This document shows positions 19,871 to 29,518 of a DNA stretch of 64,000 nucleotides, piece by piece. The position numbers and the translations under genes are program-made. How positions within the stretch are numbered: the stretch's first letter is position 1; each line of letters starts with the position of its first letter. The DNA is from a bacterium (GTDB lineage: Bacteria; UBA8248). The notes under the pieces are model-generated. The model saw only the letters and a program-made list of their open reading frames with translations, made no database searches and was not told where the DNA came from. The DNA is taken from the NCBI GenBank assembly GCA_965200245.1, contig CBDATS010000004.1, positions 768,001-832,000 of the forward strand, read 5' to 3'.

Positions 19871-20158
19871 TTAAACCGGCTCCAGCCAATGTTCATAAAT
19901 TTCGATATAGAGTTTGTCCTGTTTTCGTCCCGCCTCGTGATCCCACAGATCGTTGATGTCGAACTCCACCCAGTAGAGTTCCCGGAGCGGTAGTCCGTCA
20001 CCACCATAGGCGAGATTCTCGGGGTTTTTGTATTTGCCGAAATAGCGGTTGATGAAACCGATCTTCCCCTTCACGAAATACGTCGTCCGGTGATGGCCGT
20101 CGGGGTACATCTCCTTGACTCGCACCCTGTCGCCCACGCGGAAGCGGGTTTCCTCCAT
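19871..20158 (-). CDS. Nitrile hydratase beta C-terminal SH3-like domain / thiocyanate hydrolase alpha-like subunit
   Basis: FRVGDRVRV, GHHRT..FVKGK, NPENLAYG, LYWVEF..LW, IEIYEHWLEP; start at ATG 20158. Confidence 0.87.
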   Translation of the reverse strand: MEETRFRVGDRVRVKEMYPDGHHRTTYFVKGKIGFINRYFGKYKNPENLAYGGDGLPLRELYWVEFDINDLWDHEAGRKQDKLYIEIYEHWLEPV

Positions 20159-20240
20159 CGGAACATCCCCTTTGCAGTTGAATCGACTGGAACCGGAATA
20201 CTGTCTGAATTTTACATTGCGGGGGCTCTTTGTCCAGTCC

Positions 20241-21263
20241 CTATATCTCAAGCCCGTAAATTCGCCTTGCATTGGTGGTGAGGATCATTTCCTGTTCCGC
20301 TTCCGAGAGGCGGTTCAGGCCCGGAATATCCCGCGCGGGCTGGTGGCAGCCCATGTCCGCCGGATAGTCCGTGCCGTAGAGAATCCGCTCCGCACCCAGC
20401 GCCTTCGCCGCAAATTCAAGGCAATCCGCGTTGTGGATGATGGTGTCATAGTAGAAACGGCCGAAATACTGCTCCGGGTCTTTCGCCCCGTGTATTTTTG
20501 GCTCCCTGCGCTCGGCGTAGCCATGCTGCCAGCGGCCTCGAATCCAGGGCGTGAAGCCGCCCAGGTGGGAGAGATAGAACCGAAGCCCCGGAAACCTGTC
20601 TATCACGCCGCCGAATATCAAGCACGCCACCGCAACCGTGGTGTCGAGCGGATTGCCAATGAAGTTCCTCAGGTAGAAATCCCTGAGCCGATCGTCTGAA
20701 CCCAGCACGTTCGTGGGATGCACGAACACGGGCATGTCGAGGACCTGGGCCTTTGCCCAGAATACGTCCAGACCCGGATCGTCCAGGTTCTTTCCCGCCA
20801 CGTTCGAGGCGATCATGACGCCAATGTGGCCGTTCGCCTTCGCGCGCTGGAGTTCCGCCGCAGCGGCCTCGGGCAACTGGAGGGGAACGGTGGCCATGCA
20901 CGAAAATTTGTCGGGATACTCGATGGTCAGGGCCGTCAGACCGTCGTTCAGCGAGGCGGACAGTTCCCTGTTCGCTTCGGCCTCGAGCGTATAGAGCGTC
21001 ATGGCGGGACCGATGGAGAGCACCTGATGCGCAACACCCATCCGTTCCATGTCGGTGAAGCGCGGTGCGAGTTCATAGTAAAGGGGCGTGAGCCTGTTCC
21101 TGAGTTCCGACTCGCGCCCCAACACCTTTCCTCGCGTGACAAGCCACTCGCCCTGCTCGTCAGCCTCGATCGACGCCGTGCGGCCAAAGCGGCCCGCGCG
21201 CACATCCGCAATGAACTGCCCCGGATAGATATGGGTGTGGGGATCGATAGCCGCCATCTTCAT
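20241..21263 (-). CDS. Amidohydrolase_2 family, ACMSD-like decarboxylase/hydrolase
   Basis: IDPHTH, PVFVHP, HLGGFTP, LYGTDYP. Confidence 0.88.
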   Translation of the reverse strand: MKMAAIDPHTHIYPGQFIADVRAGRFGRTASIEADEQGEWLVTRGKVLGRESELRNRLTPLYYELAPRFTDMERMGVAHQVLSIGPAMTLYTLEAEANRELSASLNDGLTALTIEYPDKFSCMATVPLQLPEAAAAELQRAKANGHIGVMIASNVAGKNLDDPGLDVFWAKAQVLDMPVFVHPTNVLGSDDRLRDFYLRNFIGNPLDTTVAVACLIFGGVIDRFPGLRFYLSHLGGFTPWIRGRWQHGYAERREPKIHGAKDPEQYFGRFYYDTIIHNADCLEFAAKALGAERILYGTDYPADMGCHQPARDIPGLNRLSEAEQEMILTTNARRIYGLEI

Positions 21264-21341
21264 CCCTGTCTTGTGAGGAGAGGAGGAGGCATTCCCGGGC
21301 CTCCGCCCCGCATGCGCCCGGTCTCTACCGGTGCCGGAGTT

Positions 21342-22358
21342 CTACACGTCCAGTTTGTAGAGCTTCTTCACGTTTCCGTAGAGCATCTGTTCCTGCTCCT
21401 CGTCGGAGAAGCGCGAGAGCCCCGGAATCTCCTTCGCCCCGCCCAGATAGCCCATGTCGAATGGGTAATCCGTACCGTAGAGAATCCTGTCTACGCCGAG
21501 GGTCTTCACGGCGAACTCGAACGAATCCGCATTGTGGATGATCGTATCGTAATAGATCTTGCCGAAATACTGCTCGGGGTCTTTCGCTCCGTGCACCTTG
21601 GGTTCCCTGCGCTCGCCGTAGCCGTGCTGCCAGCGGCCCCGGATCCAGGGAGTGAATCCACCCACGTGCGAGACCAGAAACCTGATGTCCGGAAAGCGGT
21701 CGAACACGCCGCCGAATATGAGGCAGGCGATGGAAATCGTCGTGTCGAGCGGGTTGCCGATGAAGTTTCTGAGATAGTAGTCCTTGAGCCTGTCGTTGAT
21801 GCCCATCACGTCCACAGGGTGAATAAAGATCGGCACGTCGTGCTCGCATGCTTTCGCCCAGACGACATCAAGTGCGGGATCGTCGAGATTTTTCCCCGCC
21901 ACGTTCGAGCCGATCTGGCATCCGAGGTGGCCATTCTTCACCGCACGGTCGAGTTCGGCAGCCGCGCCTTCGGGATCCTGGAGCGGAATCTGCGCCATAC
22001 ACAGAAAACGATCGGGATGTTCTTTCGTGAGCGCGGTCAGCGCGTCGTTCAGCGATGCAGAGAGTTCCCTGTTGAGCCCTGCGTCGAGCGCATAGTGAGT
22101 CATCGGCGGAACGACGGAGAGTATCTGCATGTCCACGTTCTGGTTGTTGGCCATGTCGCTCAGGCGCATTCCGACGTCATAGGTTTCTTTCGGAAGCGGG
22201 TTTTTGTGAATCCGTTCTTCACCGAGAACGGTGTTTTTCGTGACGAGCAATTCCCACGGGTCGCCCGCTTCGATGGTGACGGCGTCGCCGAAACGGCCCT
22301 GGCGTACGTCTTCGATGAAACTCTCGGGAGCGATGTGGGCATGGGGGTCGATGGTCAC
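21342..22358 (-). CDS. Amidohydrolase_2 family, ACMSD-like decarboxylase/hydrolase (paralog)
   Basis: IDPHAH, PIFIHP, HVGGFTP, LYGTDYPFDMG; GTG start at 22358 with GGAG RBS. Confidence 0.88.
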   Translation of the reverse strand: MTIDPHAHIAPESFIEDVRQGRFGDAVTIEAGDPWELLVTKNTVLGEERIHKNPLPKETYDVGMRLSDMANNQNVDMQILSVVPPMTHYALDAGLNRELSASLNDALTALTKEHPDRFLCMAQIPLQDPEGAAAELDRAVKNGHLGCQIGSNVAGKNLDDPALDVVWAKACEHDVPIFIHPVDVMGINDRLKDYYLRNFIGNPLDTTISIACLIFGGVFDRFPDIRFLVSHVGGFTPWIRGRWQHGYGERREPKVHGAKDPEQYFGKIYYDTIIHNADSFEFAVKTLGVDRILYGTDYPFDMGYLGGAKEIPGLSRFSDEEQEQMLYGNVKKLYKLDV

Positions 22359-22488
22359 AGGAACTTCTCCTTGTCGATACGTGAATGAGGAAAAACCTGA
22401 TTTCGTGCAGAAACAGATTCTCGGGAATTTTGAGGGGCGATTATGCACACTTTACCGTCGCCGCGCCAGAGCACGAGGCATTGCGCCG

Positions 22489-23736
22489 TCAAAACGCCTT
22501 GTCGATCACGATACGCACGTTTCTCTCTCCCACCCGTACAGGATGTGCGATGCGGCCTTCCAGATCGCCCGCGCCTGCCGGACCGGCGGCACCGTCCGCG
22601 TCCAGGCGCGCCGAGAGCGTAACCATGCCCTCGAAGGGGGTGTCGGGAATCATCACGTTCCGTTTCGATATTTCGAACGGCAGAGGAAAGCGGGGGTTCG
22701 CCACGCGCACGACCGCCAGCGGGGGACCTCCGCTGCCCTTGCGCGCGATCAGGAACAATACGGGCTTGCCACCGGCTCTCTCCCGCAAGGCTGGGGCCAC
22801 CTCGATAACGCCTGAAATCACATCTTCAGCCTCTTGTCTACGCGCGGGCTGTGACACGGCCTCGCCTTTTGCTTCCTGCGAGAGTACGATTTCCACGTTA
22901 CGCGCACCCACCTGCACGGGCCCGTTCGCACCGCCGAAAATATCTCCCGGCTGCGTTCCGACCTTTCCGTCGCCATCAAGCTTGGCAACCAGGCTGACCT
23001 CACCAGCGAACGCCGCCCCCTGAATCATTACATTTTGATCGCTCATGGTGAACTCCAGGGGAAAGGCGGGATTCAGAATCCGCATGACCGCCAGGGGCGG
23101 GGCGGGCTGTTTTCTGCGTGCGATGATGAAAATCGCAGCCTTGCCCCTCGCCCTTTCCGCCAGGGCGGGTGCGACGCGCACCACCCCGCGAATCGTCTTG
23201 TCCCCTCCTTGCGTAGATGCCGTCCCTGGAGGCGGATTGCGTTTTTGGGGAGATTTCTTTGCTACCCTGGGCGGAGGAGCAGTGCCGATTCGGTCGATCA
23301 GCACGTCCACGTTCCGTGCACCCACGGACACCAGGCCCGCCGCCCTTCCCTCGAAATCGCCCTTGACCAGCGATCCCGGAACGCCGTCTGCATCGAGGCG
23401 GGCACGTACACGGACGCGGCCCGCGAGTTTCTGTCCGCGAATCATCACGTCGTCTTTCGTGATGACGTATTTGTAGGGAAACCGTGTTTCCACCAGGCGC
23501 TGAACCGCGAGTGGCGGCCCGCCTGTTTCGCGTTCAACGATGATGAAGAGTGTGCGTGTGCGCCACGCCTCCACGGGCAGTTCGCCGCTCATACGGATGA
23601 CGCCGGAAACGGACTCTGCCGGCGGACCGAATTCGGGCAGGAGATCGCAACCACCGAGAATCAAGGAAAGACAAATCGCCGCAAGAGCGACGCGGGAATT
23701 TCCGAATACGCGCTTCATGGTCTTTTTCCTGTTCAA
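22489..23736 (-). CDS. Lipoprotein with three tandem CcmI/CycH C-terminal Ig-like domains
   Basis: Lipobox LGGC; three repeats of FI.A/V...PPLAV.R....FP..F/Y......VMI.......ARLD.DG....GD..G. Confidence 0.72.
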   Translation of the reverse strand: MNRKKTMKRVFGNSRVALAAICLSLILGGCDLLPEFGPPAESVSGVIRMSGELPVEAWRTRTLFIIVERETGGPPLAVQRLVETRFPYKYVITKDDVMIRGQKLAGRVRVRARLDADGVPGSLVKGDFEGRAAGLVSVGARNVDVLIDRIGTAPPPRVAKKSPQKRNPPPGTASTQGGDKTIRGVVRVAPALAERARGKAAIFIIARRKQPAPPLAVMRILNPAFPLEFTMSDQNVMIQGAAFAGEVSLVAKLDGDGKVGTQPGDIFGGANGPVQVGARNVEIVLSQEAKGEAVSQPARRQEAEDVISGVIEVAPALRERAGGKPVLFLIARKGSGGPPLAVVRVANPRFPLPFEISKRNVMIPDTPFEGMVTLSARLDADGAAGPAGAGDLEGRIAHPVRVGERNVRIVIDKAF

Positions 23737-24650
23737 TTCGCCCGCAAGAAGGCTTCCACCTCGCTCAGGCGGGGTAGCGCCGCCCTTCCCCCGAGGGCGA
23801 CGCAGTTCATCGCGGCGACCGCATTTGCGAAGCGCAACGTATCCTCAAGACCCATCCCGCGCAATACGCCGTAGAGGAATGCACCGTGAAAGGCATCGCC
23901 CGCCCCCGTGGTGTCGACAACGTCCAAACGAAAACCCGGCGATTCGTAAAACCGCTTCCCGTCGTATGCGAGAGAGCCATGCGCACCCAGAGTAACGCCC
24001 ACCACCCCGGGTCCCATCGCGTGAAGCCGGCGCAGGGCTTCTCTGTGATCGGAAACCCCGGTGAGGAGAGCGGGAAATTCCTCTGCCGCCATCAGGTAAT
24101 CCGTGAGGCCAATCAAGTCCTCGATACCCTCGGGCGCGTGCTCGGCATCCAGGAACACGGGCATGTCCTCATCACGCGCCCACCCTGCGGCTTTGATTTC
24201 CGCTTCGACGTGGTGGCCATCCAAATGAAGCGAGCGGCCCGAGCGTACGATATCCTCCCTTACGTCCGCAGGTGCCAGGGAAACTTCACGACGCCAGAGG
24301 ATCGTCCTCGAACCTTTTTCCTCTCCGTCGCCTTCCTGCTGCACGATGATGAGAGCGAACTGGCTCGCGCGCCCTTTCTGCGTGACGACGCCTTCCACGT
24401 TCACGCCCTCGTCTTCCAGACTCGCAAGGGAAAACGCACCCGGTTCGTCATCGCCCACCGCGCCGATGTAGGCGACATCCAGGCCAAGACGCGCGAGTGC
24501 AGCCATGGCCGTCGCCGCCTGACCGCCGCCTGCGCGCGCCGTCTCCAAGGCGCCGTTCTTGGTGTTCCGTTTCGGGTATTCACTTACCACCCAGAACTGA
24601 TCCGCCGAGTTCAGGCCGATTCCCACGGCGTCGAATTTTTTCTGCGACAT
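23733..24650 (-). CDS. PfkB-family carbohydrate kinase
   Basis: GGGQAATAMAALARLG and VDTTGAGDAFHG signatures. Confidence 0.92.
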   Translation of the reverse strand: MSQKKFDAVGIGLNSADQFWVVSEYPKRNTKNGALETARAGGGQAATAMAALARLGLDVAYIGAVGDDEPGAFSLASLEDEGVNVEGVVTQKGRASQFALIIVQQEGDGEEKGSRTILWRREVSLAPADVREDIVRSGRSLHLDGHHVEAEIKAAGWARDEDMPVFLDAEHAPEGIEDLIGLTDYLMAAEEFPALLTGVSDHREALRRLHAMGPGVVGVTLGAHGSLAYDGKRFYESPGFRLDVVDTTGAGDAFHGAFLYGVLRGMGLEDTLRFANAVAAMNCVALGGRAALPRLSEVEAFLRAN

Positions 24651-24667
24651 GAAAGGGATATCCCGCT

Positions 24668-25420
24668 TCAGATGAATTCGCGCAGGCGGACACTTTCGGG
24701 GTCTGCGGCGTGGAGCGCGTCGTGTTCTGCAGGAGTGGGTTCGGGCGTTGCGGGAGTGTGTTCCAGATCACACAAGTCGAATCCAGTGGCCGCGCGCAAG
24801 GTGTCCGCCGTTACTCCCTCGTGAATCGATTTGACCCGCAGGCGGCCCTCCGCCTTCTCAAAAATGCACATAGGGGTCACCACCGCCTCGACGTTGCCCG
24901 AAGCCGTCACAAAGTCGCATCGCTCGGGAAAGCTCCTCGCGTCGTGAACCGTTCTCCACAGCACCGTCCGCCCGGCTGTGGGCAGAATGTGCGCGCTGCC
25001 CGCACCGCCCGGAAGGCGCACCTTGGGAGAAACCGGATTGCCAATGAAGGAGAGGTTCATGTTGCCCCTTGCGTCGATTTGCGCCCCTCCCAGAAACGCC
25101 AGGTCGAGCTTGCCCCGGGCGGATAAATCAAAAATCTCCGTAAGGGTGAAATACGAAAGCGCACCCTCCATGAGCTGCCGTGCTACGGTCGATCCGGGCA
25201 GATAAAGGGGCCTGGGGTCTACGCCGCCCGGGATGTTCAGGTAGGTCAGGTTCGGCGCGTGGGTTTTCCGCGCCATGACGGCAGCCACCATCGGCAACGG
25301 GGAGGCCACCCCGTGGAAAACGATCTCACCCTCGCGGATGAGCCTGGAGAGAAAAACCGCCATCCTGTCGGCGGTGGCGCGTACCTCCTCGGATACGCCT
25401 TCGCGCGGGGCAACGCTCAT
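24668..25420 (-). CDS. Class I CoA-transferase-fold beta subunit (GctB/AibB-like, no catalytic Glu)
   Basis: GVASPL, HAPNLTYL, FLGGAQIDARGNMN, RLPGGAG, TGFDL. Confidence 0.82.
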   Translation of the reverse strand: MSVAPREGVSEEVRATADRMAVFLSRLIREGEIVFHGVASPLPMVAAVMARKTHAPNLTYLNIPGGVDPRPLYLPGSTVARQLMEGALSYFTLTEIFDLSARGKLDLAFLGGAQIDARGNMNLSFIGNPVSPKVRLPGGAGSAHILPTAGRTVLWRTVHDARSFPERCDFVTASGNVEAVVTPMCIFEKAEGRLRVKSIHEGVTADTLRAATGFDLCDLEHTPATPEPTPAEHDALHAADPESVRLREFI

Positions 25421-26259
25421 GCGACGCTCCCGGAGGCCGCAGTGCTCCCCGCATGATCGCGCACCTCCCAGGAATCGAGGTGGACGCGCAGGGACTGCGC
25501 CTCTGACGCCGAGTCGAGATACTTACCCACCGCGCCCTCGTCGATGTCGTAGAAGGGGTGACAGCCACCGGGTCGTGCGCCCCCGGGCGCGTGCACGACC
25601 GCCTGCACCATGAAGGCGGGAATCGCCGTCCTGTCGGGTTTTTCGACGAAAAACGCCGTATCCTCGATGCGCTCGGCCGTAAGTATCACCGACTCGGCCG
25701 CTCTGGACATCAGCACGTCCTCGAACACGCCGCCGTCTATTCGCGCGTTTCCCTCCGCGTCCGCATATGTTACGTGGAGCACGGCGAACCTGGGCCTGAT
25801 TCCGGGGATCATGTATACCGGCTCGCCCGTGTAGGGATCCTTTACCCGCCGAAAACCGGTATGCTCCGGTACGTCACTGCCCTCCAGACCCGCTACGGGC
25901 TGGCTGGGCAGTCCATAGGCCGAAGCCCTGAGACCCGCGATGACCGTGGAACAGGCATGCTCGACCACCTGCACGCGGCCTTCCTCCACCCGGCGGCGAT
26001 ATGAAGGCGCTAGGCCGAAGAGGTTCTCGAAACCCACATAGCCTGTCTGCGTCTCCACCACGGCCTGAGCCGCGCAGAGCAAATCAATGTCGTAGGCGCC
26101 CGCCGTTTTCACGAGACGCAAGTCCTTGCGCTCCTGACGGGCGAGTTCGCGGACGAAGGCGGCGGGGATTCTCGTAAGCGCGTTTCCGCCCAAGGCGAGT
26201 AAATCTCCATCCTGCACGAGAGCCGCCGCCTGATTGAGGGTCACCAGCTTGTCCGCCAT
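25417..26259 (-). CDS. Class I CoA-transferase-fold alpha subunit (GctA/AibA-like)
   Basis: VQDGDLLALGG, GLRASAYGLP, DPYTGE, HVTYADAEGN, VILTAERI; ATGA coupling to beta gene. Confidence 0.85.
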   Translation of the reverse strand: MADKLVTLNQAAALVQDGDLLALGGNALTRIPAAFVRELARQERKDLRLVKTAGAYDIDLLCAAQAVVETQTGYVGFENLFGLAPSYRRRVEEGRVQVVEHACSTVIAGLRASAYGLPSQPVAGLEGSDVPEHTGFRRVKDPYTGEPVYMIPGIRPRFAVLHVTYADAEGNARIDGGVFEDVLMSRAAESVILTAERIEDTAFFVEKPDRTAIPAFMVQAVVHAPGGARPGGCHPFYDIDEGAVGKYLDSASEAQSLRVHLDSWEVRDHAGSTAASGSVA

Positions 26260-26516
26260 CGATTCCTACTCATTGAGGTGAACGCTGTCTCGATTATCCA
26301 TTAGACGCGCGCGCGCCTCAAGACGAGCGAAGCTGCGTTCCCGGAAGTAACTTCATAAGAGTTTGAATCCCTGTGGAAAAGCCCGATTTTTTCCATTTGA
26401 CAAAAACATCCATATTTTCTAGGCTTTGGAATGGTTTTCGGGCAATCCAGAGCCTTCCCGCCCATAGGCTCGCATAACGGCCCGAGGAAAGACTGTTCCC
26501 GTTCTGCCCGTCTGGG

Positions 26517-27449
26517 ATGAACATGAATCCCCAGGAAAATACGTCGAGTCCCGAAGTTACGCCTTCGCCTTCAGGAGCGATTGAGTCAACCGGTTTCCCC
26601 TGGGGCAGCGATATGTCCGCAGGGAACCTCGAAAACTGGGAAATCCTGGAGAGCGGGCAGGCGTCTGAGGCGGATTACCCGCAAATTCAAGAGGCCGCCT
26701 CCGGTACACAGGATGATTCCGAACGATTCAACGTCAAAATCGACATCTTCGAAGGACCGCTCGAACTGTTGCTCCACCTGGTGCGCGAGCACAGACTCGA
26801 CATTCACGACATTCCGGTCGCGTTCATCACGGAGCAATACCTGAAATACGTGGAACTGCTCAAAAAACTGAACATCAACCTGGCGTCGGAATACCTCGTC
26901 ATGGCCTCCTATCTGGTCTACATCAAGAGCAGAACGCTCCTGCCCCGGTCCGACGACGTCATCGAAGAGGAAGACCCCGAGGTCTTGAGGCAGGAACTCC
27001 AGCTTCAACTCATCGAGTACCAGAAATTCAAGAAAATCAGCCAGATGTTCCGCCACGCCGAGGAGGAGCAATCCTGGCTCTTCACGCGTGGCGCGGGCCC
27101 CCTCCTCATCGAGAACGAGGAAGATGAAGCGCCCAGGCTGCAAGTGACGGTGTTCAACCTCATCAGCGCCATGCAGTATCTCATCGAATCCATCGGGGAA
27201 GAAGGCGTGCACCTCGTGGACATCGACGAACTCGAGATCGCCGACATGAGAACCAGGCTGTTGGATACCCTGGAGGACGCGGGTGAGGAGGGCGTCCTGT
27301 TTCAATCATTGTTTCAGACGAGGCGCGCGCTGGAAGTGGTGGCAATGTTCCTGGCCCTGCTCGAACTCGTCAAGGGAAATCTCATCGTGGCGCAACAGGC
27401 GTCCAATTTCGGAGAAATCCGTATAATGAAGGCGGTGCGAGATGAATAA
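26517..27449 (+). CDS. scpA: Segregation and condensation protein A
   Basis: FEGPLELLLHLV, SEYLVMA, IKSRTLLP, MFLALLEL; exact start uncertain. Confidence 0.93.
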   Translation: MNMNPQENTSSPEVTPSPSGAIESTGFPWGSDMSAGNLENWEILESGQASEADYPQIQEAASGTQDDSERFNVKIDIFEGPLELLLHLVREHRLDIHDIPVAFITEQYLKYVELLKKLNINLASEYLVMASYLVYIKSRTLLPRSDDVIEEEDPEVLRQELQLQLIEYQKFKKISQMFRHAEEEQSWLFTRGAGPLLIENEEDEAPRLQVTVFNLISAMQYLIESIGEEGVHLVDIDELEIADMRTRLLDTLEDAGEEGVLFQSLFQTRRALEVVAMFLALLELVKGNLIVAQQASNFGEIRIMKAVRDE

Positions 27450-28374
27450 TCCCCAACCGGAAAACCACAATGCCGAACCGATAGAAACGGATATCCCCTT
27501 CGAACTTGCCCAGGACGAGGCATCGCCCCCGGACGCCGCCGCCAGGGCACTGGCGGAGCATCAGATGGAGGCGATGGAAGAACCTCGCCAGGAGACGACC
27601 TTCGAGATTGACGAATCGCAGGAATACCTCGACACGGCCAATTGCCAAGACGACGGGGAGGTCGACAAAGACGCGCCGCTCGTCATGGATATGGACGAGG
27701 CGAAACGTATCGTCGAATCCATCCTGTTCGTCGCCAGCGAACCGCTCAGGCCACGTGACCTTTCCATCGTTTTAAAGGGCGTTTCCAACGTGAACGCCAA
27801 GGTCGTCCGAAAAATCCTGGCCGGGCTGGTCGAGGAATATCAGGAGAGAACCCTGCAGATTATCGAGGTGGCCGAAGGTTTTCGCCTTTGTACCAGAGCA
27901 GAATTTTCCCCCTGGGTAAAACGGTTCACCAAAACGGAGAAAAAAACCAAACTCTCCCAGGCAGCACTCGAAACCCTGGCAATCCTGGCCTACAAGCAGC
28001 CCATCACCAAGGCGGAGATTGAGGAGATAAGGCGGGTGGACTGTGGCGGCGTGCTGCACACCCTGCTTGAACGCGGTCTCATCCGCATCATCGGACGGCG
28101 CGACGTCGTGGGCCGGCCCATCGTCTACGGCACCACGCCCCTGTTCCTGGAGCACTTCGGCTTCAAGAACCTCTCTGACATGCCGAAGCCAGAGGAATTC
28201 GAATCGAGCGAACAACTCGACTTGTCACCTGCGAACATTGGACAGGAAATCCTCGCTCTCAATACCGAGTCGGAGGCGCCGCCGCCGAACAGCCACGCCA
28301 ACGGTCATACAAACGGCCATGCCAACGGGCACACGGAAGAAACCATCGAAAGGAAGGCGGGGATTCCATCCTGA
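27442..28374 (+). CDS. scpB: Segregation and condensation protein B
   Basis: LSQAALETLAILAYKQPITKAEIEEIR, GRPIVYGTT..FLEHFG. Confidence 0.94.
   Translation: MNNPQPENHNAEPIETDIPFELAQDEASPPDAAARALAEHQMEAMEEPRQETTFEIDESQEYLDTANCQDDGEVDKDAPLVMDMDEAKRIVESILFVASEPLRPRDLSIVLKGVSNVNAKVVRKILAGLVEEYQERTLQIIEVAEGFRLCTRAEFSPWVKRFTKTEKKTKLSQAALETLAILAYKQPITKAEIEEIRRVDCGGVLHTLLERGLIRIIGRRDVVGRPIVYGTTPLFLEHFGFKNLSDMPKPEEFESSEQLDLSPANIGQEILALNTESEAPPPNSHANGHTNGHANGHTEETIERKAGIPS
28294..28332 (+). repeat. 12-bp imperfect tandem repeat encoding (H-x-N-G)3-H in the ScpB tail
   Basis: cacgccaacggt catacaaacggc catgccaacggg cac. Confidence 0.75.
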
Positions 28375-28402
28375 CGTAACCCGGGGAATTCTGATACAAC
28401 CC

Positions 28403-28439
28403 AAGGGGGGGGAGCCCGGGCTTTCCTCCTTTCTTTTTT
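28403..28439 (+). terminator. Probable intrinsic terminator after scpB
   Basis: G-rich/C-rich stem with G-U pairs followed by TTTCTTTTTT. Confidence 0.6.
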
Positions 28440-28481
28440 CACGTGCGGCGGAACCCGAACCTTTCCGCCAAGGAGGGAAAC

Positions 28482-29426
28482 ATGCGTTTCGGAATCATGG
28501 CGACGGGAGGGGTGGGCGGTTTTTTCGGTGCCATGCTGGCAAGGGGAGGCAAGGAGGTCGTTTTCATCGCGCGCGGCGCGCACCTGGAAGCCATGCGTAA
28601 GGAAGGGCTTCGCGTGGAAAGCGTCGTGCCCGGCAAATTCAGCGTGCGGGAAGGAATGTTTACGGATTCTCCGGAGGAAGCAGGCGTTTGCGACGTCATC
28701 CTCTACTGCGTGAAAACAACCGCGAACGACGACGCCATTCCTGCCATCGCGCCCATGGTCGGTGCGGACACGGTGATCGTAAATCTCCAAAACGGCGTTG
28801 ACAACGAGGAAAAACTGGCGGACGTCTACGGCGCGGAACGTGTGATGGGGGGTGCGGCCTACATATTCACCTCCATTGCGGGGCCGGCCCTTATCCGACA
28901 GATAGGCGGTCCAAGGAGAATGGTTTTCGGCGAGATGAGTGGCGGCACGAGCGGGCGGGGCGACGAGATACTGGCCGAACTGAAAGAGGTGGAAATCAAC
29001 GCAGAATACTCCGAAGACATCGAGGTGGAACTTTGGACGAAATTCATCTTCATCTGTGGGGTCGGCGGGATGACGGCGCTTACGCGCTCAACCATCGGCG
29101 AGATTATGGCCTACGAGGGTACACGGAACATGATGCGAGAAACGATGCGGGAGGTCTGTCTGGCAGGCCGGGCGAAGGGCGTGAATCTCCCGGGCGACGC
29201 AGACGAGGGGCGCTTCCGGTTCATCGATGAGCAAAACCCGGCCAGCAAGGGCAGCCTGTGCCACGACCTGGAAGCGGGCAGGCGCCTCGAGATCGACGCC
29301 CTGTGTGGAACGGTCTCGCGTATCGGGGCACAGGTGGGTGTCGAGACGCCGTGCAACGATTTCATCTCGCATACCCTCAAGCTCGCAGACCTTCAAATCG
29401 CAGGCGAGGTGAAGCCCGCATCATGA
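28482..29426 (+). CDS. panE: 2-dehydropantoate 2-reductase (ketopantoate reductase family)
   Basis: ATGGVGGFFG, LQNGV, LWTKFIF, GSL..DL..GRRLEID; AGGAGG RBS. Confidence 0.85.
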   Translation: MRFGIMATGGVGGFFGAMLARGGKEVVFIARGAHLEAMRKEGLRVESVVPGKFSVREGMFTDSPEEAGVCDVILYCVKTTANDDAIPAIAPMVGADTVIVNLQNGVDNEEKLADVYGAERVMGGAAYIFTSIAGPALIRQIGGPRRMVFGEMSGGTSGRGDEILAELKEVEINAEYSEDIEVELWTKFIFICGVGGMTALTRSTIGEIMAYEGTRNMMRETMREVCLAGRAKGVNLPGDADEGRFRFIDEQNPASKGSLCHDLEAGRRLEIDALCGTVSRIGAQVGVETPCNDFISHTLKLADLQIAGEVKPAS

Positions 29427-29518
29427 GATGAGCATTTGCATTCCCCCGCCATCTGCCACGTGGTAGTCTTCGCAAAATGGCTCATTCACTCGCAACGACA
29501 CATGGAGACACAATTTCG

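Noticed and set aside
20718-22388. Long antisense ORFs (also 3890-5149, 33853-35202, 58517-60034)
   Set aside because: Shadows of real genes on the opposite strand, expected with high-GC codon usage; no recognisable motifs.
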